Made by a program: the position numbers and the translations under genes | Origin: Monocercomonoides exilis PA203 | Lineage: Eukaryota > Protista > Preaxostyla | Length of the DNA: 64,000 nt | Assembly: GCA_001643675.2 (NCBI GenBank) | Contig: LSRY02000001.1 | Location: forward strand, 2,294,001 to 2,358,000 | Direction of reading: 5' to 3' | The notes under the pieces: generated by a model | What the model was told of the DNA's origin: nothing | The model's input: only the letters and a program-made list of their open reading frames with translations | The model's database searches: none | In this document: positions 39,501 to 50,613 of the stretch, piece by piece | Layout of the letters: every line of letters begins with the position of its first letter | Position numbering within the stretch: the first letter of the stretch is position 1

Positions 39501-41302
39501 GAGTGATGCCAAATTCTTCACTTTGGATTTTGGATGATGGATGTGATTTGAGAGGGATAGCAGGAGAAAGGTCATCTCCATTTTTCATTCCCAGACTGGA
39601 AGATGTTTCAGTGAATGAGAATGGCAGCAATGTTGTTGTGAAATTCAAGGGATCTCTTTTTGTGCCTTGTGACTTGTCATTCAGATTGATATTCAAAACA
39701 GGGGATGTGGAGTTGGTTGAGACATATCATTTTAAGGAAGACAGTTTTGTTTCAGAAACAGAAGTGATTGGAAGAGTTCCATCAGAAAATATTTCAACTA
39801 TTGCAGATGAAACAGAGGTGTCAGTGATGATTCTATTTGGTAAGCCATTGGCAGAGACTTCTCCTCAGATTGTGAAGAACAAAACAGAATCAAATACTGG
39901 AAATGACAAAGTGGTGGAAGGAGGAAAAGAAGGGAAATCATCATGGTTATTGATAATTGCCATCATATTTGTTGTTTTGTTTTTGATTGTTCTGATTGGA
40001 TTTATTTTGTTTGCTGTTCGGTGGAGAAAGGCGAAGAATGAGAACAAAGATCTGAGAGAGATTGTGAACGACACGGTGAGGAAGGATCCGAAGCTGATTG
40101 AGATGGTGACGATGGAGCCATCACCTGAGGAGCAGTGGAGGAGAGCAGAAAGGGAGGCAGAAAAAAAGAATGAAGAGAGGATGAAGAAGAGGGTGTATGA
40201 GAAAAGCTTGGGACACTCAGAATCGTCAGAGCATTTGCTGAGTGAATGTGGCTCAACAGAATATATTTTGGGGAGAGACTCAGACAAGATCCCTGAATGG
40301 GCATTAGAAAAGGAAGAGGAGGAAGAGATTCGAAAGAGATCACCATCTCCATCGGTCTCATCCACTTCAACCATTTCAACATCTGACTCAGATTCAACTT
40401 TTGTTCGAGGAGAGGAGTTGTGTCCAACCACCTCGTCGATGTCGAATCTGGTGGATGTGATGGCGTGTTCGTCTCCCCATGAGAAGCTGATTGTGGATCT
40501 GAGGGATTCACTGTTCATGCTGCTTCATGGAAGGAATAAGACAAAAGAGATGGCGATTGGCTCCTTGAAGGAGAGGGAACAGACAGCTGCGCAGATCCTG
40601 TTCTGGGTGGCTAATCTCGCACTTCACTCATTTGATGAAATGGAGAATCCTCTTTCATCTCTTGCCAACCTCAGTCCCCACATTGTGCTGTTCTCGGAAC
40701 ACATGGTGATCTGCATTGTTTTGCACTCCGACTTCTCATCTGATGATAGTTCAGATTCCTCATCGATCTCTTCCTTGAGTGTTGTCTCTTCATCGTCCAA
40801 TATTTCAGTGATGAGCGAGAGATTCACCAAGTCGCCACCTCCATCATCAGCGTTTGAAGATGATGAAGATGAAGAAAGAAAAGAGTGCCTGAGGTGGAAG
40901 GCACCAGAGCTGCAGATGAACAAGAAGATGGGAGCAACAAAGGAGTCAGTGGCGTTCTCGATTGGGATGATGCTGTGGGAGTGTCTGACGCTGGAGATCC
41001 CATTTGATGAGTATGAGGGTGAGGTGGCAGGGCAGAAGATAGTGAATCACGAACGACCGAACATATCTGCTGTGAAGGAGTCGAATTTCTTTGAAATCAT
41101 CCGAGCTTGCCTGTCTGCTCAGCCAGAAGACAGACTGAGCTTGGCAGGGCTGAAGCGAGAGTTCATCCAGCGGTTTCCTGCAGGAGCAGCAATTCTGACG
41201 ATGTCAGATGCGATTGATCTGGAGGAGACAACAGAAGATGGGGAACACACCACGAGTGTGAATTCTTCAGATATCACAGGAACCTTGCAGGCTGAGAAGT
41301 GA
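33518..41302 (+). CDS. Large receptor-like surface protein: signal peptide, beta-helix/Pmp-like ectodomain, single TM helix, C-terminal degenerate kinase-like domain
   Basis: 2594-codon open frame with hydrophobic N-terminus. Repeated GGA[IL]/GGG and FxxN motifs, four CG-x(4-5)-PC modules, TM WLLIIAIIFVVLFLIVLIGFILFAV, and RWKAPE...FSIGMMLWE...PF...CL...PEDR (kinase subdomains VIII-XI). Probable in-frame 51-nt intron at 33612-33662. Confidence 0.93.
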   Translation: MRVHLFLLACLTLAETFKSQVVCGTATLKNQGIFSIITFKYNCIYFGQGNSNDALFFTNGNNNYLYEHGKASGMNRWKAGTCTAIYSFLCFSNSSVGLKNVAVEYSASPFILITDKSGLMLDTCISHQKSESPFLLNIGSICFTNMTLIPQKSLNPSSLIFSSDDTNVAILGNSIMTDLTVSSSGYFLVSGKSKSEQIDNCAFRNMSVKYTTNSDHFVEHSCFRSSMEKCLIYSCVNAFEGGISSGSYSSQEFVCKNTTINFGKREANSLQKKGQINSTESQSFSLCEWTDCTSPQGGALYVHDNASAILTVENSSFTRCNASSTRGGGIYALKIAECIVLHSTFVQCFAAGKTNYGGGGIQFEHVNVQSMVDDCSFHSCFAEDEGGAINLRPTKTQKQKRCIINSVFLFCHSTLDCGGAIMHWNCTDQVVISNCLFYHCSSFYAGAVCLLLNTNNNGILFYYCFFHNNTCNEGGRDIILHGSTSNNIDPTCYSTRQSANRVSTNWNQTSDRSEWLRNDFRNVRFVSSTDSQPKGIDTYACGIYESYPCRTISRCLSQLIPDLVPNVEVFSGTIIETNSFDCGADSFTVYGQSNMSTAIQTEFEASGLSLFSVSTGTLTARDFVVVHDSAHPSNRGSRLFEINGAGGMRISRLNISFGSGQSTETAFSTELINVQNGMFQMEHVNWAKTISTNSLFSLSSTNEISLTLSECGFDGIERATSGAAVISFSNDKANIDVNCCTFEGCGSTTSTDGGSMMLCVGNENEVKVKGGSFDGCYCSATYGFGGGILLRLLNENPNFQISSSFGTNTAKWGNDIFVISPNLEETAKSENIRCVTDSLDSVEKVRGYDNGNTSVAIPLCIYLLPTPEEIYVSNSEASNHSHCGIVQFPCLTMKHSLTRQTETKKVIVNGMVEMSDELDFAGKKHEIRGNDDESGWTVSDSSSTSNSSMITINVETELSKLIFSLPSSLPLHSTFISFSSSSITLSQCSLSLQNPSSELTILFLSVESGILIIDKFSASSIDLRRNPLIWLRGSSTNTELMSTLWLNMTNSNFTKIKRATGCGGCVSIGNSDDENTNTQINIEECSFDGCSVVDDESRGGAINAQLKGSIQMNVVSCAFTGCTAPAEERKIGFGGGMALKLIDEYSSFVISSPVFEADKPNAAKYGNDLFVESPNLTKSITNTSLPFVNEHLSDISLDSMRGFDGSDTTNAIPLVYFWRTLGSEIFIGSEGCDVCVCGFSDYPCLSMDHSLRRLREGNERNVSIIGKGYLQKSVDVSGISIKSDESSMCSLECVSSLEGAEGAAMKICGITNFELMKFVIPSSFASGVNVLMHVGSSEGLLTVKDCTFTKKGDEREELTDYGLIKAEGGTVVLELVTMQLLSFSQDVISVLLTTTVLNAKNLTMKNIELEGASGLRISKGSAGEKRGSNDGEQNIVIEWSLFEEVTQNKTEKIPVIRNENDAPLKMVIGNTTMKRCGGLKCGKGGGMFCELNEGGKFECSFCKISECFCSTAGRGGWLFLECTSTAEKPLNFVLSNITFRDNTAFRGRDVYIRCHSVETQIVDDQFLLDFRAPFVKELAMWGCTTDSFVGEEDLLLRVMRYQSETIFVSSVSENAADNKQCGEFNTPCHSLSFGVQHIIPSLYSQMLILGQTEIVGECDVLDVTIRSLQSPSAALVYLNSTITNEGSLITTSENVRIERLKFNFGQSFSYSGCSIIQEANGQLSLSFVDFSSVGKSESIELVGLNSTLLNIENGILHVDNCSISMLSFKKPSFLLNGDEINFTNVKLEQIESITNVFEIGQCGSVVFNGVSSDGVKLPEGCIIAINDLSSSSISIGISSFNNCSRNSEGASVLTASSTPAQINLFNCSCSDCNSLSSKGSIVEISNTKDVSMDLCQFEGILSKESESERINSFEEICEWNGSLVHSTNSSFAMKDVTIFYASSGGLSVSSGNVKIEAGNFSNNNPSVEKYPSLRRNIICSDSASLTISSLKGGDGVMPNSSLWILDDGCDLRGIAGERSSPFFIPRLEDVSVNENGSNVVVKFKGSLFVPCDLSFRLIFKTGDVELVETYHFKEDSFVSETEVIGRVPSENISTIADETEVSVMILFGKPLAETSPQIVKNKTESNTGNDKVVEGGKEGKSSWLLIIAIIFVVLFLIVLIGFILFAVRWRKAKNENKDLREIVNDTVRKDPKLIEMVTMEPSPEEQWRRAEREAEKKNEERMKKRVYEKSLGHSESSEHLLSECGSTEYILGRDSDKIPEWALEKEEEEEIRKRSPSPSVSSTSTISTSDSDSTFVRGEELCPTTSSMSNLVDVMACSSPHEKLIVDLRDSLFMLLHGRNKTKEMAIGSLKEREQTAAQILFWVANLALHSFDEMENPLSSLANLSPHIVLFSEHMVICIVLHSDFSSDDSSDSSSISSLSVVSSSSNISVMSERFTKSPPPSSAFEDDEDEERKECLRWKAPELQMNKKMGATKESVAFSIGMMLWECLTLEIPFDEYEGEVAGQKIVNHERPNISAVKESNFFEIIRACLSAQPEDRLSLAGLKREFIQRFPAGAAILTMSDAIDLEETTEDGEHTTSVNSSDITGTLQAEK

Positions 41303-42699
41303 TGAAGAGTTGGTGATAATTGTGTTTTTGTTGGAAAAATGTATTTGTTTTCAAAGCCACCTCAATATTATCTTTTATCAGTCTGAGAGAGAATCTCTCT
41401 TCCCTTTTTGTTTTTGTTCATCAGCACATTTCTTCTTGTTTTTGATATCAACCTTTTTTTTTTATGTTTCATTGGTTTCATTGGTTGTTGTGTTTCACTT
41501 AGCTTCTTCTTTCACCGATTCCGAATGCAGATTTTGGATGAGCAGTGTTTGTTGTGTTTTTATATATTCATGTTTTTGTGTTCGCTGAATCACCACCACA
41601 CAATTATTTTGAGTGAATCTTGTCAAATGAAATTTTTCATTAATCTCTAATTCGGCTTTTCAGTTGATTCTTTTCTTTTCTTTTCATTGCAAACATCAAC
41701 AGTCATTATTTCATTTCCTATTTTGTGTAACTCCAGTTTGTATTATCAATTCCATTTGTTTTTTTCAATTTTCCAAGCGACTTTTTCTTTATTTGTAGCG
41801 ATCACAACATTCACAACAAACGATAAAAGATATCTCTTTTTTGTTTCAGAAAGCAAAAAAATAGTTGTTTGTTCGTTTGCAGCGATTGCATAAGAAGAAA
41901 CAATTCCTCCATCAATGAACAGCTTTGTTCTGTGAAACAAATAATTTGTGAAGAGAATTGAACAAAACAAGAGAAACTCATTCAATCTGTTGGCTTTGTT
42001 GTTTCTTGACTTTGAAAATTAAGTATTGTTCATGCTCAAGAACCTCTTTTGAAATTTCCTCTCTCAACTTTCTGTTTCCTTTGTTGAAGAAAAGAACAAT
42101 GTGAATTCAGCTTCATGAATATGAGGGACTGAATTGTTGCAATCTCTTTGTTGTTATTGAAATTTACATGAACAAAGAATTGTTTATTTCCTTTTTATGT
42201 GGAATCTGAAATATAGAATGTCATGTTTCAAAACAAGAAATCAAAATTAATATGATTTCATATCTCTTTTTTTGAAGAATAAGCTGTTCTATTTATTAAT
42301 CTGATGAAAAATCTCCTTTGAATTCATTCTCAGTGTTGATTTGACCTATTTCATTCTGAACTGATATCCTTCGAATTGAGAGAATTGCCTCAGACTTTCA
42401 GACTCATCAGCATTTTTTTGTTGAGCAAATTTGTTGTTACATTATCCAACTGCTCATCTTTTTCTTGTCATGTGAAAATTCAATATCAAACAATAATTTT
42501 CATTATGAAACACAAAGAGAATGAAACATCATAAAAGTTGATGAAGAAACCATGATAGAAGAAAAAAAAGAAGGCAACAAAAACTTGTCTTGATGATAGA
42601 GATGAATGAATTTAGTCAATTCATTGATTGTTGAAATTGGCTGTTGTTGATCGAAAATATGAAATAAAGTACCAGCAAATCGAAGGAATGAGAATCTTT

Positions 42700-44110
42700 G
42701 GTAAGAATGGACTCAACAGACACCTTTTAATAATCGCATTTTTGAGTATTTTTGATTAAAAACCTTAAAATAAATAAATTGTTGATGAGAGAAAATGTTT
42801 ATTAGTTGTCATTTGAAAAAAATGAAACGTTAGACAAAAAAAGACGCAATATAATTTTTCAATTAGTGATCTTCTTTGCATTCATGTGTTCTGGCACCGT
42901 CTTCAATTTCTGTTGAATCGGTATCATAATAGATAGAATCCTTAACAATAGATAATTCATCTGAACTTAATTCCTCATCTGTATTTTCAGAATCATTATT
43001 ATCTTTTTTTTCATTATGGGTATCGTTATCTTTAAAATAGAAAATTTTCTGACAAAATTAGACGAAATCCAGATTCTTACTTTTGAAAGAAATAAATTCC
43101 GCAATTGTATCATCTATGAACCGATCTCTGATACCTGTTGTAGATAAATATTTTCTAATTTGCGACCATATTACTTCAATCATATTTGTACACACTCCGT
43201 CTTCAGTTCTGTAACGATACTTGTGACATACTGTCTTGTGGGAATATCCATATTCAGGTAATGATCTATATGCAAGCCATTAATCGGAGTAAATCATACT
43301 ATCTTTTCTTATGTTTGTAATAATAATTGGAATCAGGCTCCCTTTTTTAACTATTTCTCACTCTGACAATCGTAGAATTTCCTTGTTTGCCCAAATCATT
43401 CCTTTCAACCATTCCAAAAAGCCAAATATGTTTTTTCCTTTTTCCTCTTTTGTACTTTCTTCGACGAAGCAACATTTCATCAATTTCTTCAATCATATTT
43501 TTCCGTCCAAGCCACGATGATTCCAACTGCAATGACTCCAACCTTATTCTTCGAGCTGTATTTGAGTAAAAAGAAACGGTAGATGGGTTCACGTTAAGTA
43601 GAATAGATGTTTGTGTTAAATTTAAACGTAGGAAAAGAAAAAGAAGCAACATCAATAATTTTGAAATCCTCAATTTTGAATGATAATTAATCAAATTGGA
43701 AAATGGTGATTTTCTTCTTTTACGATTAGGACAGCGAAGAATAAATGATGATATTGAATCTCTTCCAAGAAACATAAATGAACCACATGAACTGCTCTTC
43801 GTTTTTGATATAACAAGAATTTGAGTCCTAAACCATTCCCAACAACAACTGTTATCAAGAAACATTCGAAAATATGTGGATAATTCAACTTTATCTTTCT
43901 GCATGCTTATGAAAAGAAAAAAAACAACAAATTATTCAACCCTTTTTTCAAAATAACATGGATCAAAGGATTGAAAAGTTCTTTTTTTGTTTTTGAAAAA
44001 AAGCATTTATTTCAGAAATACAATGTATTAATAAACTTATAAAAAATAATAATCCTCGATTTGAATAGTTTTTTTTAAGATCAAAGGTGTCGATTGATTC
44101 CACTTTTACC
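42700..44110 (-). mobile_element. Full-length Merlin DNA transposon (inactive)
   Basis: 28-bp imperfect TIR GGTAAGAATGGACTCAACAGACACCTTT / AAAGGTGTCGATTGATTCCACTTTTACC. 8-bp TSD GAATCTTT/GAATCATT. Encloses the transposase. Confidence 0.92.
42863..43904 (-). pseudogene. Merlin (ISXO2-like DDE) transposase, frameshifted
   Basis: EIDEMLLRRRKYKRGKRKKHIWLFGMVER, then after a frameshift IYSD*WLAYRSLPEYGYSHKTVCH...GVCTNMIEVIWSQIRKYL and an acidic tail. Confidence 0.92.
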
Positions 44111-46184
44111 GAATCATTCAAGAAATGTTATTATTGGAGAAAAAAGTTGATTTTTTAATTGTTTTGTTTTTTTATAAGATCAAAAATTGTTGAGACAAAA
44201 AAGTCAAAACAATTCATCTTTTCATACTGTTTAATGATAAATACTTGTGACAATTGAGATGAAATTCTATTGGAAAGATGAACCAGACTTTATCAAAAAT
44301 ACACAATCAATCAGACTGTTAAATTAAGATGTCGGAATTTCAGTCAAAAAGTTGTTTTTATGAATTTTCATAAAAAGAAATCTGAATATTATTTCAAAAA
44401 ATAAAAAAAACGAAGATGTCAACCATATTTACAAAAAAAATAAAAATGAAATGGGTTTTGTTTAATTTTTTCATTTGAAGATAAATGATTATTATTCATT
44501 TTCAGAGTTATCACAAAAGAATAAAAATTCATTTATTTCTTGTTTTTTTATTTTCTTTATCAGTACCCTCATTTCCGTTATATCAATCAAAATTAAGTGA
44601 CTGAACATTTCTCAGAAAAAATGATTCATTTTAATGGTAAATGAGAAGGCAAGAATAATGTGACAATTCATTAAGTCCAGATAATTTTTTTCAAAAATTT
44701 TTTTGTTTGACTTTCTACAAACATATTTTTCATTAAAAATCAAAGCACTTTTTTTCAACAGGAAACACATCTCATTCAATTTTGTCACTATTTTATTTCG
44801 ACTTTTTTTATTCTCAATATTTGAAATTTGAGGCATGTTTTTATTGATTTGTTTATTTTGAAACCTCCTTTAATGAAAAAATTAAAAATTTGTGGACACT
44901 GCATTACTCAAAAAGAAAATCAACCATCACGTATTATTCCATTTTTTGCAAAATTATATTTGAAATTTTTTTGCACGTTTCAAATTTTCAAGTATAATTG
45001 AGAAAATAGAATCTTTTAATTGATAAATAACGCCTATAAAAAAATTATGTTTGATCAAAAAATTAAACTTTGATTATTGAATGAAAAGATGATCAAAGGG
45101 TTCTTTTTTTTTCTCAAAATAAAATGAATCCAATTGTTTTTCGAATAACTCAATATCCAATGTGGAGATTTTGGGAGTTTTAATTGTTCGTTAAAATAAA
45201 ATTTTAAATTTCAGTAAACACAAATCAGTCAATCTTTGATTTTTCTGAAAAGTGAATGAGTTTAATGTTTCTAAAGTTTATTTCTATTCAGTTAAATATA
45301 AAAAATGTGTTGATCAAAAAAAATTCAAAGAAAAAAAGCAACTCGGAAGAAAAAAAACTAGAAAGACATATAATTATCTTGAAATAAACGTTAATTTTTT
45401 CAATATTGAAAATATGCTATCAACAGAAACTTTTTTCTTGGTTTTTGCTGAAGTGACTAAAATCATAAAAGATCGCTAGTTACAAAGATATCAATTTAAC
45501 AAGAATTAAGATAATGAATGTAGACTGAAAGAAAAAACACTTTTTGGAAAAGTTGGAAAGCCATCTGATTTAGAAATAAAATCGAAACAAAAGCTGATGT
45601 ATTGACTTATATATTTTGCTTTTTATTCTTTATTCGATAATCATAGAGCAAATGCGTTTTTTCAATCACTTCAAACATGGATCTTGAACTATGAAAAATG
45701 CATTAAATTTAAATATATCTTTAATCATGAGTATATATTTTCCATTCAAACAAATTTCACAAAATGGGTGATGAAAAAGATGAAACACAAAACAAAAAAT
45801 ATTATAACCGGACAGTATCTCATTAAGTTTACAACAACGCATTGTGAATGAATCTTGTAACATAATATGAAATCTTTCATTTCACAGATAACAACAAAAA
45901 TCTATCATTTTGTTTCTTTTCTTGATTCAGATTTTACGATTTTTGGATCCAATAACGTTTTCAAATGAAATGCGAATGCATCGTTTTTCTTCATGATTGC
46001 ATTTCATTTCAAAACGTAAAAAATATTAGCACCCAAATGACTTTATCAGTCTTTTCATTTTTGAAGAAATGTTGAAAAAAGAAAATGAATGTTTCATGAT
46101 TTCAAGAACATTTTATGAAAAGAAAAAAATTATATCAGTTATTGACAATTTTGCGTTTTGTTTTCTAATGCGCCTTATCAAAAG

Positions 46185-47053
46185 GGTTATTGCACAATAT
46201 ACGACCGTTAATAAAAATTTGTGTGGATGATTATAACGTTATTGTTAACTGTTTCGTAAAGTTCTTATGTCTTTCTTATGTGCGGAAACTTTTAGTCTTA
46301 AATGAATCAAATTATTTTTTCACTCAAGATTGGTATTGATCAAAATTTTTTTAACATCAGTTATATTCAGCAATAATTTAAATAAACAGATTTATTATTT
46401 AAATTCTCCTAGAATGCACTCAAATATGCTTTGAACATATGGGCGATTATTTTTGAAATAATATTTTTCCTTTCAATAATTTCACTTCGAATATTTCTCT
46501 TGAATATCAAAAAATGAGCACTGAAAAATGAAAAGACTTGTTAAAGATATCGTCATCTTTATTTGAGTAAAAATATTTATTTTTGAAATAGTTGTTATGA
46601 ATTCAGCATTCGAATACAAAATCTCTTTCAAAGGAAAATCAACCTTTGATATATGATCAACCCGAAAAAAGTTATGATTTCAATAATAAGCACCCATATT
46701 CAGTTTTTCTTGACCCCAATTTGAATAGAGCATATTTAGATCAATGATAAATAATTTTTATATTTCATAAAATTGAGTAATTCATGCAACAGAGTTCAAC
46801 CCCAATAAGTTGATTTGGGTAAGACCCAAACAGAAAAACTTTGATAAAAAAAGCGAACAAATAAAAGCCCTAAAAAAACTCATTTATTTCATTTAAAATT
46901 GAACAGGACTTTGAATTTTATTGAAAATTGAAAATAACATATTTCACAGTTTCCGCACACAATAGGCAGAAAAAAACTTATGCTCACTTTATGTTATAAT
47001 CGTAGCTATAACATATGACAAATTTGTGACCGGTCGTATCTTGTGCATTTACC
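46185..47053 (+). mobile_element. Merlin-type non-autonomous element with nested MITE A
   Basis: TIR GGTTATTGCACAATATACGACCG / CGGTCGTATCTTGTGCATTTACC, perfect 8-bp TSD ATCAAAAG. Confidence 0.92.
46441..46695. mobile_element. MITE family A copy nested in the Merlin-type element
   Basis: GAACATAT|GGGCGATTATT...AAGCACCC|ATATTCA. The empty site GAACATATTCA is present in the 32295 copy. Confidence 0.93.
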
Positions 47054-47619
47054 ATCAAAAGTGTTTTTTTAATTGAAATACCAAGTGTTTTGCAATTGAT
47101 GTTCATTTGTGTGATCTTTATTGAAAAGAATATTTTTTTCAGAGTGCTTATAATTCAAAAGGTTTTTTTTTCCTATGGAAAGAATATTAACTTTCAAAAG
47201 AAAGATGCATTATGATTTTCTTCAAAGTCAGTGTTTGAGTGAATTAATGAAGAAATTGTCTATGAAAGAAATTGTTTCTTTTTTATTTTCATTCATCAGT
47301 TATCAAAGCAAAGTCTCGAACAGAAATAAAAAGTTGAATCAATATAATTTCAAAAGTCATCACTCATTTCATCACAATTAATAAATTTTAACAAGAAAAA
47401 TGCGAATAATATGATTCTTTTCTTCTTGAATTTCAGAAATGGAATAATTAGCTTAAAATGTTTTTTTTTCAACAAAAAATAATTTTGGCTCAACATTCTA
47501 AGAGTGACAATTTTTAAAAGCAATTCAAACAATAATAATAGCGATTTCAAGACATTTTTAAGTTGGATTAATGAATTATTTTTGAAAGTTAACGATGAAT
47601 GAACAAAAGTTTGGAAGAA

Positions 47620-48930
47620 ATCCATAAAGCAACCTCACTCGCAGCGCTCTTCTCCATTTGCAATGCACTAGATACACTAGGAAGTGGGGGATGTGTGTAT
47701 TTTGTGGAATGGGGCTGCAAAAAGTGTAAGCGTTTGCAACTTCTGGATTTTGAGGGTTGATTCTTCTATCTAACTTGAACATATTCCATTTGCTTGGAGA
47801 GCAGAAGAGGAACAGCGAAAAGAGAAAGAGGAAGCAAAAGAAGAAGAAGAAGAAGAAAGAAGGATAAAAAGTTGACTGAGGAGAAGATGATGAATAAAAA
47901 GGAAAAGCATGAAAAGGTGAAGCAGGAGATGGAGAAGAAGTGTTTGGAGTCTCACATGAAGCTGCCAGAGATCCTGTTAGACGAGCGGATTTTGAAGCTG
48001 ATGAACGAGCTGAAGGAGCAGCTGAAGGAGAAGGAATAGATCATCCGGATGTGAAAGAGAAAGATTCTGGAGATGAGCGAGAAGAACAATGCAGAGACAA
48101 AGGAGCTGCAGGAGCAGATTGTGGCGATGAAGAAGAAGACGGAGCTTATGAATTTTTTGACTGAGAAAGAGTAAAAAAAATCAACATAAAGAAGTGCGGA
48201 GTGGTGAGTGGGGACAGCAATGTTTCGAAGAGCGTGCCAAGTGTGCTATTCGCGATGGATTTCAGTTGAACTCTGTGAGGTGGCTGGTAGGTTCCATCTT
48301 CGGTTTCGTTGATTCTGCCATCGGAGCTGTTTGAAGAGGACCGAGAAAATTCGCAGCGAGCTTCGAATATAACAGCACTGCAATTCTTTTTCCAGACACG
48401 AATGGGAAAAGGGTTGTTATGAAAGTGAGGAACGAAGTGAGCATTGTGGGATAAGCAAATAGAGTCCATGGAGAGAGAGTTGGTTGTGATGGAGCATTAA
48501 ATAAGAATGATCTCTGAGTTGCAAAGGCTGGTGGTCAGGAGAGAGGTTAATGGAGTTTGTTCTTCGGATGCTGTTCTTATTTATGGCAGTTGTCTGTTCA
48601 GATTGAAGATGCTGATGATGATGCTGAAGACAGGGTGAAAAACTTTGTGTGAATGTGGAAGATGTTGATGATCCTGGGTGAAAAAAAGAGATTAGATCAG
48701 AACAGAACTGGGAGAGAAGCAGTCTGGAGTGGGAAGGGGACTGAGGTGTTGAGGAAAGGATTTGGGGATTTTGTGCACATGTGGCTGAAGGAGAAGAAAG
48801 CAGTACAGAAGAAGAGTTAAGCTGTGAAGAAGGCGTTTATCTACATGGAGGTGCTGCTGTGGGACTGTCAACAAGTGATGAAGTCAAATGAGACGGTGGT
48901 GTGCAGAGGGTTTGGAAAAAGAAGGCGATG
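47620..48930 (+). pseudogene. Decayed paralog of the 8250-11420 relic
   Basis: KKLTEEKMMNKKEKHEKVKQEMEKK and following DNA blocks are shared. Many stops. Confidence 0.6.
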
Positions 48931-49461
48931 CATTGTTTTTGTTTCTTTATCTAGCTCTTCTTCAGGACTTCAAAAAAAAAAGCAGGTTTTGAGTTAGAAA
49001 AGAGATGAAGATTAAAAATATGCTCCAATCCTTTTTAGAAAGCATTGAATACGACAGACGCCTTGATTTTCTTGATCACATTTTCAAAAGTGTTTTCATC
49101 TTATTCTTTGCCTTCTCTTTTCCTTTTTCTTCCTTTTTCTCTCTCTCTTTTTCTTCGTTTCAATTTGCTCATCTTCAAACATCTCTCAAAATTCTATCTT
49201 CAAATTTCTCTTCTTCATCCTTTTCAACCAATTTTCTCTTTCATAATTTTTACAAATAAATATCTCCTTTTTCTTATCTCATTCGATTTCATTCAAATAA
49301 TTTTTTGAATGAAATTAACGTTTCACGAATCTTGAGAATGAATTTTCTTTTTCAAAAAATTAACCAACGAAAAAATGAAAAATAGAAGAAGGTGAAGAAG
49401 AGGAAGCAGAAGAAGCAGAAGAAGGAAAAGAAGAAGAAGATGATGATGATTATGAACGCAC

Positions 49462-50613
49462 AGAAGAATATTTCCATTTCAATTCATCAAAAGCGAGCTG
49501 TGATGCTGAAGTTCCAAGGCTTCTGTCTGTTCTTTCTGAAAATATCGCAAATGTGTAAAATAGGAAACAACTGAAGCATGTTTGACTTGTTTTGGAAATC
49601 TTTCAAAAGCAGAGACTGAAACAGAGTTGGTGATATTCATTTCACGTTTCTCAACTTCATGAGAAGGCGCAACAATGCTTAGCTGTTAAAAACTCTGCAA
49701 AACACAAGTTCGCATTTCAATTAAATAACCAAAATATCCATCAAGAAATGTTGTTCTCCAGCTCCATTGCTAATCGTTGAATTCTTGCCTTTTTTCGTTA
49801 CAAATATCCTTCCTTTGATATTGCCAGCCACTTTCCTTTCCAAAAAAATATCCCAAACTGCTCCACTGCCTTATGCTCCAAAATGCTACATAGTTTTGTG
49901 CAGATTTTGTCCTTCACAGAATACCATCCTCTTTTATCTTCATTCAACAAAACATCAGTTGAATTTGTTTTCACCTCTTGCTCAAAATAATATTTTATAA
50001 AAATCATGTATCTTCCGTAACTTCATTTATATCCTAATTGCTATACAATAATCTGCTCTGTTCTCATCGAATTGCTCTACAAAGCGGGGATTGGTCATTT
50101 CAACAATAACTCACATTCCTGAACTTTGGAGAGGATACTGATGAAAATATCTTCATAATCAATACAATAATAAAAATTACGCACATTATGTCTTTTTGCG
50201 TTATTGATGAAATTGTTGCATTCCCCTTGGCCATCCAATTACCAAAAATCATCAGATTGAATTTCAAAAATGTTGAGTCACCATCATTGTCCGTTTTTTC
50301 CACGGGAAATTATGTTTGCAATTCTGCAGGATAAACTCATTCATCGACACTCATTTTGCTGATTGATATTCCAGTTCAAACATAACCATTTGATCATTGA
50401 ATCCATAACAACAAGCCGAATAAAATAGATCATTTTTTTTCTTAACAATCACTTTCCAAAAGTGCAAAGACGATAAAGAATGGTGTGAAAACGACATTAT
50501 TAATGACTGTCTTTGAAAATAAATTATCATCGATGTCATCTTTCCAAACAAATACGAATTCAATGTGAATGATAAAAATTTTACTGATTTGTGAATAAAA
50601 TGTTCTTGTAAAA
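49462..50613 (+). repeat. Conserved ~1.15-kb upstream block of an AYQSAW cassette (inverted copy at 59141-60282)
   Basis: Nearly identical over the first ~300 bp and collinear up to the ATG. Preceded by a GAA-rich run at ~49385-49455. Confidence 0.9.

Noticed and set aside
32295-47053. Direct-repeat elements flanking the giant receptor gene as a composite transposon
   Set aside because: Each copy has its own distinct TSD, so they are independent insertions.
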